Positions 23,174-36,394 of a stretch of 64,000 nt of DNA are shown here, in pieces; position 1 is the stretch's first letter, and each line of letters starts with the position of its first letter. The notes under the pieces are model-generated. The model was not told the DNA's origin and did no database searches. It worked only from the letters and a program-made list of their open reading frames with translations. The translations under genes and the position numbers were made by a program. Origin of the DNA: Curvularia clavata (lineage: Eukaryota). The stretch is taken from the NCBI GenBank assembly GCA_023920165.1, contig CP089279.1, positions 1,550,001 through 1,614,000 of the forward strand. The letters are read 5' to 3'.

Positions 23174-26100
23174 ATGAAGACTTTTGTTGGGCTCTCGTGG
23201 CTGTCGGCCTTGTCTTCGTTGGCGACGCTGCCAAATGGCTCCGGTGTTGCTGCCCAGAACAACACGCCTAGTACGTGGCCGCTTCACGACAATGGCCTGA
23301 ATGATGTCGTACAGTGGGATCACTATTCTTTCAAAGTGAATGGAAAGCGCCTTTTTGTTTTCTCTGGAGAAATCCACTACTGGCGTATCCCGGTATACGA
23401 GGTTTGGGAGGACTTGCTAGAGAAGATCAAGGCGGCTGGTAAGTTTATCTACCTACATTAGACTCAATGCAACCATGGCTGACGACCATTAGGTTTCACG
23501 GCTTTCGCCTTCTACGGCAACTGGGCTTACCACAGCGCAAACAACCAGACTCTGGACTTTGAAAGTGGCGCGCATGACTTTACGAAGCTCTTCGAGATCG
23601 CGGAGCGCGTCGGCCTCTACGTCATTACCAGGCCAGGTCCTTACGTCAATGCTGAGGCGAATGCTGGAGGTTTCCCATTATGGCTCACGACAGGAGCATA
23701 TGGAACGCTGCGCAATGACGACCCCAGATACCTCCAAGCATTGAACCCTTACTTCTCCAAGTTCTCTGAGCTCACATCTAAGCATCTCGTGACTAAGGGC
23801 GGAAAAGCACTTGTCTACCAGATTGAGAACGAGTATGGTGAGCAGTGGAAGGACAGAGACGACAAGATTCCCAATGAAAGTGCTGGAAAATACATGCAAG
23901 CACTTGAGGATTTGGCGCGAGCTCACGGCATTGATGTCCCCCTTATCCACAACGACCCCAACATGAACACCAAGAGCTGGAGCAAAGACTATGCCCCTGG
24001 TGCTATCGGAAACGTTGATGTTGCTGGCCTCGACAGCTACCCATCTTGCTGGTCTTGCAACCTTGATGAATGTACCGGTACCAACGGAAAGTATGTGTTA
24101 GAAATCGCAAAATGCTTCGATACCAGTTACTAACGTTGTGTTCCAGATACGTAGCATACCAAACCATCAACTACTTTGATCATTTCAAAGAGGTATCTCC
24201 AACCCAGCCAAGCTTCTTCCCAGAATTCCAAGGTGGCTCGTACAATCCCTGGGGCGGACCCGAAGGCGGCTGCCCTGGCGACATTGGAGCTGATTTCGCA
24301 AACCTTTTCTACCGAAACCTGATTTCTCAACGTGTTACTGCAGTTTCACTCTACATGGTATTCGGCGGCACAAATTGGGGAGCCCTTGCTGCCCCAGTCA
24401 CAGCCACGTCTTATGACTACAGCAGCCCTATCAGCGAGAACCGGGAGATTGGTGCGAAGTTCTACGAGACGAAGAACTTGGCCTTGTTCACTCGTGTTGC
24501 AGAAGACCTGACAGTTACTGACTGTCTTGGAAACTCTACCTCATACACGACGAACTCAGCGGTCGAGGCGAGTGAGCTCCGTAATCCAGTCACCAATGGT
24601 GCATTCTATGTTACCATCCATGCCACATCGTCGTCAGCGACAAGAGAGTCGTTCAAGCTTCATGTCAGCACATCCGTGGGTAACCTCACCATCCCCCAGC
24701 ATGCAGGCTCTATCGTTCTCGATGGCCATCAATCCAAGATCCTCGTTACCGATTTCGCCATGGGTAGCACTACCTTGACCTACTCCACTGCGGAAGTCGT
24801 GACCTATGCTCTCATTGACTCCAAGCCAGTCGTTGTGCTATCAACTGGTGTTGGCGAGTCTGTTGAGTTTCATATCAAGGACGCTAAAAAAGGTTCAGTT
24901 GTCAGCAAGGGTGCCAGCTCCAATGCCACTTTCTACACCGAGGCCGGTGGTGTTACGACCGGTATACAGCAAGTGTCAGGCATGAGCGTGTATGAGTTCG
25001 ACAATGGCGTGAAGGTCGTTGTTGCAGATAAGCCTACCGCGTACTTGTTTTGGGCACCTAACCTGTCGAACGACCCCTTTGCGCCCGTCGATCAATCCGG
25101 TGAGTATACAGGACTCATAGTTCTTCTGTTATCGCAATCTAACATATACGTAGTCTTGGTCCAAGGGCCATATCTCGTCCGCCACGTGGCCCTCGACGGT
25201 CACGTCCTCGCCTTGAAAGGAGACCTCATGAACAGCACTGACATCGAAGTCTTTGCTTGCCACGATGCAAAGAGTCTCTCCTGGAACGGAAAGAAGCTTC
25301 CTACCTCACGAACCTCGTACGGTAGTCTGAAGGCCCACGTTACCGCTTTCAACGGCACCATCCAGCTCCCCTCCCTCGACAACTGGAAAGTCAACGAAGG
25401 TCTCCCAGAGAAAGAGGTAGATTACGACGACAGTAGTGCCGCTTGGGTTGTAGCCGACCACCTCACCACCCCCAACCCTACCAAGCCTGACACTCTTCCC
25501 GTTCTCTACGTCGACGAGTACGGCTTCCACAACAGCTTCCACCTGTTCCGCAGCTACTTTGACGGCTCTGCCACCGGCGTCCAACTCTCTGTTCAAGGCG
25601 GTCTCGCCTTCGGCTGGAGCGCCTGGCTCAACGGCAAGCACATTGGCTCTTGGCTGGGCAACACGACTCTCGGTGTAGGCAACGCTACGCTCTCCTTTGC
25701 CAACGCAACCGTCCACTCAAACGGAACCAACGTCCTCCTCGTCGCCCAAGACAACACTGGACATGATCTGCGCGGCGGCGCCACCGACCCTCGAGGTATC
25801 CTGCGCGCCTCCCTCTCCGGCCCCGCAAACTTCACAAGCTGGAAAATCGCTGGCGAAGCTGGCGGCGAAACCATTCAGCTTGATCCCGTCCGCGGCCCCT
25901 TGGCTGAAGGCGGCCTCGTCGCTGAACGCCTCGGCTGGCACCTCCCTGGCTTCGACGACGCCGACTGGGCCGCTGCCTCGCCTTCCACTGGCTTCTCAGG
26001 CGCGGATATCAAATTCTACCGCACTACGTTCCCGCTTGATGTTCCTGCTCATGTTGATGCTTCGTTTGCCTTTGTGCTAAATGCGCCTGCGGCGAAGACG

Positions 26101-26370
26101 ATTCGCGTTCAGCTGTTTGTCAACGGCTATCAGTATGCGCGGTTTAACCCGTATGTGGGTAACGAGATCAAGTTCCCTGTTCCACCGGGCATTCTCAACT
26201 ACAGCGGAGAGAATGTGGTTGGGCTGAGTGTGTGGGCGCAGGAGGAAGACGGAGCAAAGGTTGATGTGCGCATGGTGCAGGAGTTTGCGGTTGAGAGTAG
26301 TTGGAAGTCGAGGTTTGATGGCGAGTATCTGAGGCCGAAGTGGACAGAGGAGAGGCTGGCGTATGCTTGA
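23174..26370 (+). CDS. Secreted GH35 beta-galactosidase (lacB-like)
   Basis: Signal peptide [17 protein letters not shown]. Introns 23439..23492, 24091..24146 and 25100..25153. Motifs [27 protein letters not shown] (acid/base), [13 protein letters not shown] (nucleophile), GGTNWG and [11 protein letters not shown]-terminal jelly-roll domains. Confidence 0.95.
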
Positions 26371-26680
26371 GCTTGTATATAGCTGTTTGCTCATGTTGAT
26401 GTTGAAATGAATTTTCATACTTGCAAGACGTGCTGGGTTGTTGCCGGAGTGATCTCTAGGCATAGAACCAGATCGAAGCGACATGCATAAACTGCTGCAG
26501 AGGGTATCAAGATTTGGATATCTGGTATCATGTACTCCGCTGCTTCTACCAACACCAGTAGAACCAGTAGAGCCGCCCTTCCTGCAAGAATCGGGCCTCA
26601 AAAGCCACGCGCTAACACAAACATCGTGGTTCGTTTTGTAATATGTACAGTAGAATGCCTTTTCTTTTCCCAGTCCAACC

Positions 26681-29600
26681 TTACGCAACAGTAACGCCTT
26701 TCCTTGTCCTAAGCGCAATCTTGGCCATGCTGTTCAGATCCCAACCGCCCCTCAGATTCTTCGAGTCAGGAACATGCTCGCCAGAGTTGATTACATGTAC
26801 CTTCATCTTGGGGTGAAACTTGAGGCCAGTCAGGAGCTTTGGTGTAACGAGGAAATATTGGCTTGTGCGTTCTTGGCATGCAATGTCGACCATACGCTCA
26901 TGTACCATGCGCTCGTTCCGTGGATCCATACCTTGATTGATTTCGTCGACAACGCGGAAAGGCGATTGTGCGAGATCCTGCAGAGCCATCAGGTAGAATA
27001 TAGTGGAGACAGCACGCTCACCACCGGACTGGCGGTGAGAGTTGAGAACACTGAGCGGCTCGTTTTCACTGTTTCAGTGTATTAGCTAGACGTACGTGGA
27101 GATGGCGTAAATTGGAACATACCGGAAGCGAACTGAGATCTGGATAGACCAATTGTCAAAATCTTCCTCGTCTTTGTACACGGCAACTTCGCCAGCACAC
27201 CCAATCTGCTGGAAGTTGTGTGCGAAGGCATTACTGATTTTGCTTATAAGAGCGTCTAGCTCGGGTTCCCACTGCTCACGAATCTCTGTAATCTTCTCCC
27301 TGTTTTCGTCGAGGTCGGATATGAGTTGCTCTAGCTTTTCTCGCGTCTTGTTGATATCTTCTTCACGCTTCTCGTAGGCCTTGATAGCGCCAGGGTTGCC
27401 TTCAGCCATCATCTCCAATCGTGCCTCGACGGCTTGAACTTCTTGCTCAAGATCATCGAAGGAGGGAAGCTCGCGATACTCCAAAACAATCTGTTTCTCC
27501 TCTTCAGTCAACGTCTCAATATCCTGCTGGGTGGCTGCTGTCTTTTTTGTGTACTCGTCACGGAGACGCTTGATGCGATTTACCAGTTCTTGAACCTCGG
27601 TCTCTTTCGTCCGCTGCCTTTCTAGCATCGTGCTGTTTTCATTTCTCAAAGCGTTGAGCTCCGACTTGGCTTCAATGAATCGAATTTCAGCTTCAATGAG
27701 TGACTCGTGGAACGTACGCATGTGCGTCACCGTTTTCTATACCGATATCAGCAAAGTACGCCAACCGTAGATGTGGCTACTTACGGCATAGTCCAGGGTC
27801 AAGGTTGCTACACGCAATGTCGTTTCGCGATCTTGCGCTTTGATCTCGCGAACGCGATCGTTGATTTCTGCATTCTGTTGCATGTAATCCTCCAACTGGG
27901 TCTGTTTAGAGGCTAGGCGTTGTCAGTAGAACCTTCCTTGGTTTTTTCAAGTGACTCACCAATTTTGTCAGGAATAGCTTCCCACTCAGCGAGAGCTTTT
28001 CTCATCTGGTCTTGCTCGTTTTGTATCCTTTCCTGATACTATGTTAGAAATCGACGCCGACGTACTAGCGAGAAACAAAATACCTTCTCGTCCTTGAGCT
28101 CCTGGATTTCTTGTTTGAGATTCTTAATTTCTTTGCTGACGGAAGCAAAATTTTCGTGTAACTCTTCCTTCTCTCGTACTAGTTCTGTCATCCTGGCTTC
28201 GATCGCACGTATCTCCTCCGTGTTGGCTGGCTGGTCCGTAAACCATTTGGCAGGCCTAAGTTTGACAACAGTCGTCGAAGTAGCATTGTACTCTCTACGC
28301 GTGACAACGCGGAAGGTTTCTGTACCACTGACCCAGTTGCGGATGGGGCTGTTTGATACGGCTGCGTGCTGCTCATCTGAAATTGGCTTCGGAGCATAAG
28401 CTATTTGATGCAGGCGGTTGTTATCGCAAAGCATGGCCAAAACAGCGTCAGGTCCTTGGATGAAATCTAAGATGTAGCCTTCAAAGCCAAACTTTTCGAG
28501 ATCTTCTCTCACAACAGGTGGTCTGTATGAATCAAGAGGCTTAATGGATGTTCTAAGATGAACGTCATGAAGTCCAAGGCCTCCACTGGCTACCTTGGTC
28601 AAGAGACGTTTCGATAACAGCCTTTGATCATCAATATGAGTACAGGTAATTGCAAGAACGTCTCCTTTTCTCAGCTGGCCTTCTAGCGCCTGGGCATATT
28701 TAGCATCGAGAATGGAACATTCCAGGATTGGCGGGCCAATGACTTCGCCTTTGAAATTTAAAGTGTGCTTGTTGTCTTCGATCCATTTCCAGGCCTTTGC
28801 GGTATCTTTGGAGAGGTTGTATAGAAGGCTTGCCTTCTTACCGCTTTGAGTGTTGAGCTGCTCCCTCTGTGTCTTGAGGCTTGCGTGCTCCCCTGCAATC
28901 GCCTGAGCGCGTTCTTTTAGGCCAGTTGCCAAACTTTGCTTGTCAGTCACGCCGTTGCTGACGGAGGAGACTTTCGCTCGAACTTCTGCCTTGCGTTTCT
29001 CGTATGACGCATCATCGTATTCTACGGCCGCGTTTTGTCTTTGCTGTTCCAGCCTATTAATGTCAGCAGTCAAGCGGGCAATGTCCTTATCACGCGACTT
29101 TTTGGAATTCAGCTCAGCCCGAATCTGATCCTCGAAGTCTCTTGCTTTGGCTTTCTCCGTCTCAATATTCTTGAAGAGTTTCTCGGCTTGTGTCTTAATC
29201 AGGTTGGCGCGGTTTTTGCGGAGGTTTACAACCTGTTCGATTTGATCACGGTATGTCTCCACTTCTGATAGGGCTCTACGTGTTGGTTCCAAGTCTTCCT
29301 TGATCTGGTCTAGTTCTACACTCGCCAATCTCCGGTCTTCTTTGAGTTTCAAAATATCGGATTTGAGCAGCTTGATCTCAATCATTGGCCTGACCTTTTT
29401 GAGACATTTTGATTTGCGCAACAGGCCTTCGCGTTGATGATAGCGGTCCACATCGTCCTTGGTTGCGTTCTGCTGTTTCTCCAACTTTTCCAAATGGTTG
29501 CGCTCATTTGCTTCTTTATTCTGGAGGTTTCGTTCGTCGGCACGTAGGGCCTTGAGTTGGTCGTGCCACTCAACCATGTGCGGGGGTGCCGCGGCGCGCT

Positions 29601-30264
29601 GAGTCTCTCGTAAACGGTCAACATCGCTCATTCTGGCAAACTCAACAACTCGGTCTTGAGGCAGGAATTGGCAAAGGTTGTCGATTTGTATGGAGAACTG
29701 TTTAGCCATGGTCGTAACAGCGATTTGAGAGACGCGTTTCCCGTCGAGGAAGAATACCGATTTGTTGTCCTCTTTGCGGATGGTGCGTTGGACGATGCGA
29801 TTTGGACCGTTGCCTGGACCTGATGCGAGCTCGATTTCGATGACGGCTTCAGTAGCACCATGCTTGACGAAAGCACCCAAGTCTTTGGCTCTGCCCAGGT
29901 GCTCACTGCCCCATCCAAGACCCAGACATATTGCGCAAACAAGGGTACTTTTTCCTGTTCCGTTTGGACCAATGACCATATTCAGACTGGGGCCTAGATG
30001 GAATTCGGCAGCTGTGTATGTGACGAAATTCTTTAACTTCACCCTAACTAGGGAACCCGGCTGGAAACTGTCCTGACTGTATGCATTTGTGTCGCTGGCT
30101 TCGTCGTTTTGCGTGTACGTGCTGCGGGCGGGACTGTCGGACGCGTTTCGGCCATGGCGGGCGCGTTTGTTGCTCGATGCAGAGGAGTCGTCGGATTGCT
30201 CTTCCAGGTGCTCGCTGACGGCCAGAGACGGGCGTTTCCGCCCTCTTCGAACTAGGCCAGGCAT
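26681..30264 (-). CDS. SMC5: Structural maintenance of chromosomes protein 5
   Basis: ATG 30264. Walker [20 protein letters not shown] and coiled coils. Introns 28083..28033, 27959..27913, 27784..27737 and 27122..27069. Signature [10 protein letters not shown] and Walker [11 protein letters not shown]. Confidence 0.95.
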
Positions 30265-30760
30265 TGCCGCAGTGTGGGTGTGTGGGTGTGGGGTTTCCTG
30301 TTGAGTGCACTGTCTCCAGAGAGGGGGATGATGAATCGACGGGAACTGCCGATTCGCGTGGCGCTCCGCGTTCACGTAAGGCGTGGTCAGGTGATAGCGT
30401 GTTTGTGAGCACTATGCAACAAACGAACGTTGCATGATGTAGCACTTTGAATACAAGCAGCGCAAACAGTGCTCATGATACTTGTGTATTCGTTGTCTAC
30501 TAATACACGATGCCCAAAGGCATGCCGCCCAACCGCCCGGCAAAACAAACACAAAAGGCTCCTCTCACCAAACGCCGGAATCTCAACTATTCCATGTTAT
30601 CTCTGCTCAAATCATGAAAGCATTCCTCGTATGCATACGTCCAATTGCTCGTTCTAAGTGCCTGAGTGCCAGGTGCTTCAAAGAAAACCCCTATCTCTAC
30701 CAAACACATAAAAGCGCCGTCGCAACCAGTGCTACGGTGTGCTGAAGGAGGACCACGCCT

Positions 30761-32881
30761 CTAGAAAATGGTACCAAAATTCTCGTCGACCATAGGAAGC
30801 GGCTTTCTGGGGCTTGACGACTTCCCGTTCTCTTCCGCTGGTTTCTTGTGACGGAACGTGACTGCAACCTTGTTAGCGAGATGACATAGCATCCGTCGAG
30901 ACTAGTACTTACATCCAACGAAGAGACTTTTGCCCATTTGAACATTGCGGTCCTGCATTGCTTCTAAAGCAGCCTGCTTTTCGTGCACTTCCTTGTACTT
31001 GGCCATGTCGGCTTCATTGCCAAAGTCATCAAAGTATCCGGCGTCAGTCTCACTGTCCAGCTCTGGTACGAACGGGGCCTTTTGCTCCCTCAACTTTGCC
31101 CAATCTACCTCAGCAAAGTACTGATGGGCGTGGATCTCGGAGATGTTACGGAAGCGGGACGATTTGGAGGCCACGAGGCGTACGATGAGGTCCCAGGTGC
31201 GCTTGGACAAAAAGTATGAAGGGTCTTCATACACGGGTTTTCGCAATACCTTCTTCCACTGCTTCAAGTTCTGCCACGTCTCGTCAACTGTAGCGCCTGC
31301 AAAGGGCGGGTACCCGGCCAATGCTTCGAAAAGCATGCAGCCCAGACTCCAATAATCGACAGTGAAATCATATTCTTCGCCCTTGAGTACCTCAGGCGCC
31401 ATGTAATCCGGACTGCCTACGATGCTCTTTGCGTAATTGACATCTCGCTCACGAAGAGAACGATAATTGTCTCGTCGCTGTGCCGCAGACCGTTCTTCAA
31501 TAGGTCGGCTGAATGGCGAGACGACGTCGCTGACGGATTCCAGCTTTATACGCATCGACTCGATCTTGGAGGGGGCAAGGATACCTGCGGCAAGACCAAA
31601 GTCGGTTAACTTGACGTGTCCAGTGCTATCAATCAAGAAGTTTTCAGGCTTCAAGTCTCGATGAATGTATCCCAGCTGGTGCAACGAGTCAATGCATGTG
31701 AACATCTCGGCAATGTAAAAGCGCGCATGTCGATTGTGCAGAACACCGGTGTTGTTGAGCAGCGTACGAAAGTCACCTCCGGGAACATATTCCTGGCAGT
31801 CTTTAGCTCACAATCATGCCGTTGTAGCGTTGTAACTTACCATGGCAAGATAAATGCTCTTGTCGTCCTGGAAAGCATAGAGCAAGCGTACAAGCCACTC
31901 GCTCTTAGCAGTGGTCAAGATATCACGCTCCGTCAGGACATGGCGGACCTCATCCAGCTTGAACAGTAGCTTCTTACTCATGACCTTTAGGGCGCAGACT
32001 TCACGAGTGTCCTTCTTTTGGGCCAAGTATACCTGTCCGTAACCACCCTGGCCAACTTGTGTGAGAATCTGGAAATCGCCTTGTCGTAATCGGGTACGTC
32101 GCTTGCGCAGGTTGGCACGCTCGCGACCAAGGTATTGTGTAAGGGCATTGTTGTAGTCTTCTTCGGGTGTCTCAGGTGGAGGAGGGTTTTGAGCTTTGAA
32201 TTGAGAGAGACGGTTTTGGCGGGTGTGTACGTAGGTGAGGAGATCGTAGTAGTAGTCGAGGAAGTCTGTCCAACTGATTAGTATTCTTTCAAGCCGAGAG
32301 AAGGCAATGTACCTACACAGCTGAGTGACGTTGGCAAGGCGCTTTACTGCCGGCTTCCTCGCTTTCTCCAGATCTTCAGCAGAAAGACGCTGTGGACCGT
32401 TCAAGTACCGTGTTGACTGCTCAGTCTCGCGCGTCCGGTAGGGCTCCTGCCGTGACTGCGCTGCGTGTGTCATATGGCCATTATCCTTGTGTAAGTTAGA
32501 GCGGCCACCAGGCGGGGCGTTCTCTTGATTCGATCTGCGTGTTGGGGAGCCCGACGCAACAGCGGTTGAGTCCGCCCCCGCGTGGTCTGCATCCTCACCG
32601 CCGCCGCCGCCCAGTTTCAATCTGCTGGGAGAAGTTGGTGATGTCGGCTTCGCCCTGGGAGAGCCCACGGTGGGCAGTAGTCGCATGGCATTTTCGAAAA
32701 CATGTGGCAGATCAAATGCGCCCGGCGGTTGGTGGTGTTTGCTCGGGCTACCTTGAGGTGTTTGCTGCGGGCTGATGAAGGCCTCGTTCGGCGTACCAGG
32801 GCGGTCCATGTTGTTGCCGCGAGTGTGAAGTAGCGGCGGTGGAGTAGGCAACTGGATGTTGTCTCTGTTGTTGTTTTCCAT
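30761..32881 (-). CDS. DBF2: NDR/LATS-family Ser/Thr kinase Dbf2/Sid2
   Basis: Introns 32316..32266, 31840..31793 and 30912..30862 give VTQLYFLDYYYD, GQGGYGQV, LAMEYVPGGD, HRDLKPEN, DFG, SIVGSPDYMAPE and the hydrophobic motif FVGFTFRH. Stop TAG at 30763..30761. Confidence 0.95.
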
Positions 32882-33547
32882 GCCCGTCTACCCGATAGCG
32901 ATGGAGAAGGGGCGATTGCAAGCGGGGGGGATTGTCGTCGCAACGACGGAGAACAAGAAGGAGCAAGCCAGTGTCGATTCACCGTACAAGCGCACACAAT
33001 CGCCTAGATGGAAACCCGGTGTCCGTAGCTTGCAGAGCTTGCGACAAAACAAACACGGGCGGATGGCGTTCAGCTTGGTATTGATGGTGGGGTGCGTGTT
33101 TTGGGCTAAGTCTGCTCCGGGCAACGATGAATTCCAGGTTCCCTGGCATGTGGACCCCCCTTCTGAGATCGCCGTCAAGGGTTAAGATTGCCATTTTTAG
33201 CATACAAGAGTGCTGGTGTCGTCTTCATTGATCTTCATATATTAAGTACAAGCCCCTCCGAAGTCATGCTCCAGACATCCAAACGCCAGCCCTTGCAATA
33301 AGTTGATCTGTCCGGAAAAACACCATACCCCGCCCGCAGAAACGCCGTCGATACATGGGGGCCAAAACAGGCAATCCACGTCAAAGAGTGATATCATAGC
33401 TCCAGAAACCCAGACATGTAGAAACCCAGACACTCAGACAACCAAGGCACCCAGTGAAATGGAAACAGCATATGCTAGGTTATAACCTCATGCCACATGC
33501 TCCTTACTCCCTCAACTGTGCTCAATGATTGTCGTCCGCCAGAGCCC

Positions 33548-34881
33548 TCAGAAGTTGTACATTTCACGTGGTACTCCATTTCTAAGGAGTTGCTCGCGAG
33601 CCAAGAGATCAACAAAGGCCTGACCATTGCGAGGAAATGCGTTCATCATAGCCTGGAAATATCGTGGCGTCTCAATGAGCTGCTTGCGGCACATGGGACA
33701 TGTGACTTTGTTTTTATGGGTTCGGCACGTATCAAACTAGTCTGGGGTCAGCCAGCATCATCGACTTGGGAATTGCCCGCACTTACCCATTGGGAAATAC
33801 AGAATTCTCCAAACGCATGTCCACACGCCAGGACTACGGCAATTTCATCATCCTCTGTAGGCGAAACATGCGTCGTGGAATAGTCCTTTTGGCAGATGTC
33901 ACAAGCTTTGGACGCATCGTCGGCAAGCTCGCTTGGCAAACGCCGCGGAAGGCTGTCTTTAAGTTCTTGGATCTGTCTCGGGGTGGCAACATTAGGGTCA
34001 ATAGGCGGGCGGTACCCAGTAAACCGCGGCCGCGAATCTCTTGGTGGTCGATTCCTCATACGATTCGGGGGTGGCGCTCTGGCGGCCGCCTCTTCTGCGT
34101 CAGATGACGTGCTCGAAGGTGAGAGGTCAACCGAATACCTCTCAAAACTGCGGCGATTTGATGTTCGCGGAGAAATGCTACGGTCTGGACGACGGCTCTG
34201 GTCTCCAGGCGACATCCACGGACGATGTCCTGCGACAGGGTATGTTTGATCATTTGGTTGACCGTGTTCGTGGGGCTGTGACCTAGTGCTGTGCAGCCGC
34301 ACCTCCGGATGTGCTGATTCCCGATGATGGTCTTCGTGAGGGGTGCGCATACCCCCCGCATGAGGGTTCCGTGAGAGTGCGTCGACTGTCGCCCTGTGCT
34401 CATTACGGCGTCGAACAAACGACGGAGGTCCCGTATTCAGAGGTGTAGCCAGCCGGTTATTCTGCGGTGGTGTTCCCATTGCTTGAACAGGCGGATAAGT
34501 CTGCATCATGCTGCCAGGGTTGGAAAGCGACTGATTGGGATGTATGTGTTCGGTTCCAGTCCAGAAAGAAGGCGGTGGTCGTGGATGGCCCGTGAACTGG
34601 TACGAGAACATGTGCGGGTGGTAGTATGGGTAACGAGGTCCAGCAGGTGGATATGGTGAGCGGTCATGGAGCTGATTGCTAGCAGAACTATCCAGTACAC
34701 CACGATCTTGGGGGGTTTGGTGGTTGCTCATGGGCATGTACACGCCTCCATATAAAGGCGGGAGTTGCTGTTGAAACGGAGCATGTGCGGAGAGAAGCGG
34801 GGCGGCCAGCTCTGCACCCTGATGTCCGGGACCAGTCGCATATTGAGCCCATGAAGCGGCACCGTAGTCATGCTCAGCCAT
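33548..34881 (-). CDS. RING-finger E3 ligase with C3HGC3 (San1-type) RING and a long disordered N-terminus
   Basis: ATG 34881. Intron 33786..33737 (GTAAGT...CTGAC...TAG) completes CDIC...CGHAFGEFCISQW|FDTCRTHKNKVTCPMCRK. Stop TGA at 33550..33548. Confidence 0.85.
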
Positions 34882-36178
34882 GCGAGCTTTCTTTGCAGAG
34901 GATGGATAGAGCGCACTTGGAAACACCCGGGTCGAGGCCGTTTGTGAGCGAGCGGAGAAAGGAGACTTTGCTGAATAAACGCAAATGGGACAATAGATCA
35001 AACAAAATGCTGCAATAGGTATGTAGATGGTCGGCCGCTCCCTAAGTTGGGGTAGTGGTTGGGCAGAGAGAGGTAGAGCAGAAGGCTCGAACAGTGGTCA
35101 TGGAAGCCTTATCAGCAGCTTAGCAAGTGCGTGGGGCGTTTGTTGGTACCGGTGGGCGCACGAAGTGAACGAGGTCAAAGGTGAAGCACGGTGGAGGAGC
35201 GGCTACTGTGCTACGAGGCGGCAATGTCCAGACGGCGACAGAGTCGGGCAGGTCCGTTTGTCGAAGCCAGAAACAGGCGCGTAGAGGTGAATGAGGATGA
35301 GGGGTCATTTAGCTCAATGTCACGTTGGCACGCTGAACAGCGAGCGCCCAGCATGGATCGCAACAACGGTGGAGACGGATCAGGTGCCCTCGACTTGACT
35401 CGCCTGCATTAATCTAATCATGGCCAGCCGTCGGAGGCCGGAAGGTGCAGGGCTCACGCTGCCGGGCGTCACGGTGCGACCTATTTACTTCAAGTACTTT
35501 TGGGCGTTTGCCTCTGCGGCTCTACTAAGCTCAGCTGAGCGAGCAGCGCTGGTGGTGGGCGCCCGCCCAATAAGCCAGAGCAGAGCAGGGAGCGGAACCA
35601 GAGCACGGCATGGCGGACGGAGGTTCAGCGGAAAAGGGACCATGGGCGCGAGGTGTTTCACTCAACAGGATGTGCCCGATCATGCCGAAATGATCGGTGA
35701 CTATGCAGACTTTCCACTAGGGCGGCCGAAGGAAGCAAGCAAGCAAGCGGAAGACAGCAGTAGGTAGCGTGCATGTGGGCAAGACGTGTCGTAGAGTCCA
35801 GTCTACTGCAGGCGGGCAGGCGGACAGGCGACGCGAATCGTTACCTTGACGAGCAGCAGCCGCTGGCCGTGTCGCCTACCTCTGGACGACGACTGCAATC
35901 ACAGTCAGTGGCTGAGCCGACGCTGCATATGGACTGGACGGCGCACTCGGGCTAATCATGGTGCTGGTACTGAGCATTTGGGCGCCGACTTTGGGGGCCC
36001 AGAAGCGCGACTGGAAAGGCAAGAAAAGCGATGGCGAGAGGGCGCCGCGGCGGCGGGCAGCGGTCGAAGGTGACGGTGACGAAAAAAAAAAAAATCCGTG
36101 TCTTTTCTCGTGCCTCTGTCTCTCCCCGCTCTGGACGTTCTCCATCGCGGATTCCGCCTGCATCTTGGCATCTGCTCT

Positions 36179-36188
36179 ATCACGTGAT
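36179..36188. promoter_or_regulatory. Palindromic E-box ATCACGTGAT upstream of FUM1
   Basis: Perfect 10-bp palindrome about 210 bp upstream of the first FUM1 ATG; Cbf1/bHLH-type core CACGTG. Confidence 0.3.
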
Positions 36189-36394
36189 CATAGCCCCGGG
36201 AAAGACCGGAGGCGTGTCCCGCAGCGTCATGGCCGGGTCAGAGCTTCGAAGCTCGACATTTTTGTCTCAAGCCATTGTCTCTCTGTCGTCCCCCGACTGG
36301 CGCCCTCTGTCCATCCAGCACGCCGATACCATCCCACCCGCCATCTTGCCCTCGACTGCCACCCCCAATTGGACCCCCCAACACCTGCTGCGAC

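Noticed and set aside
28033..28041. Tandem 3' splice acceptors (TAG and CAG, 6 nt apart) in SMC5 intron 1
   Set aside because: Would only add or remove two residues (YQ) in a coiled coil, and the proximal TAG is very close to the branch site; little expected consequence.
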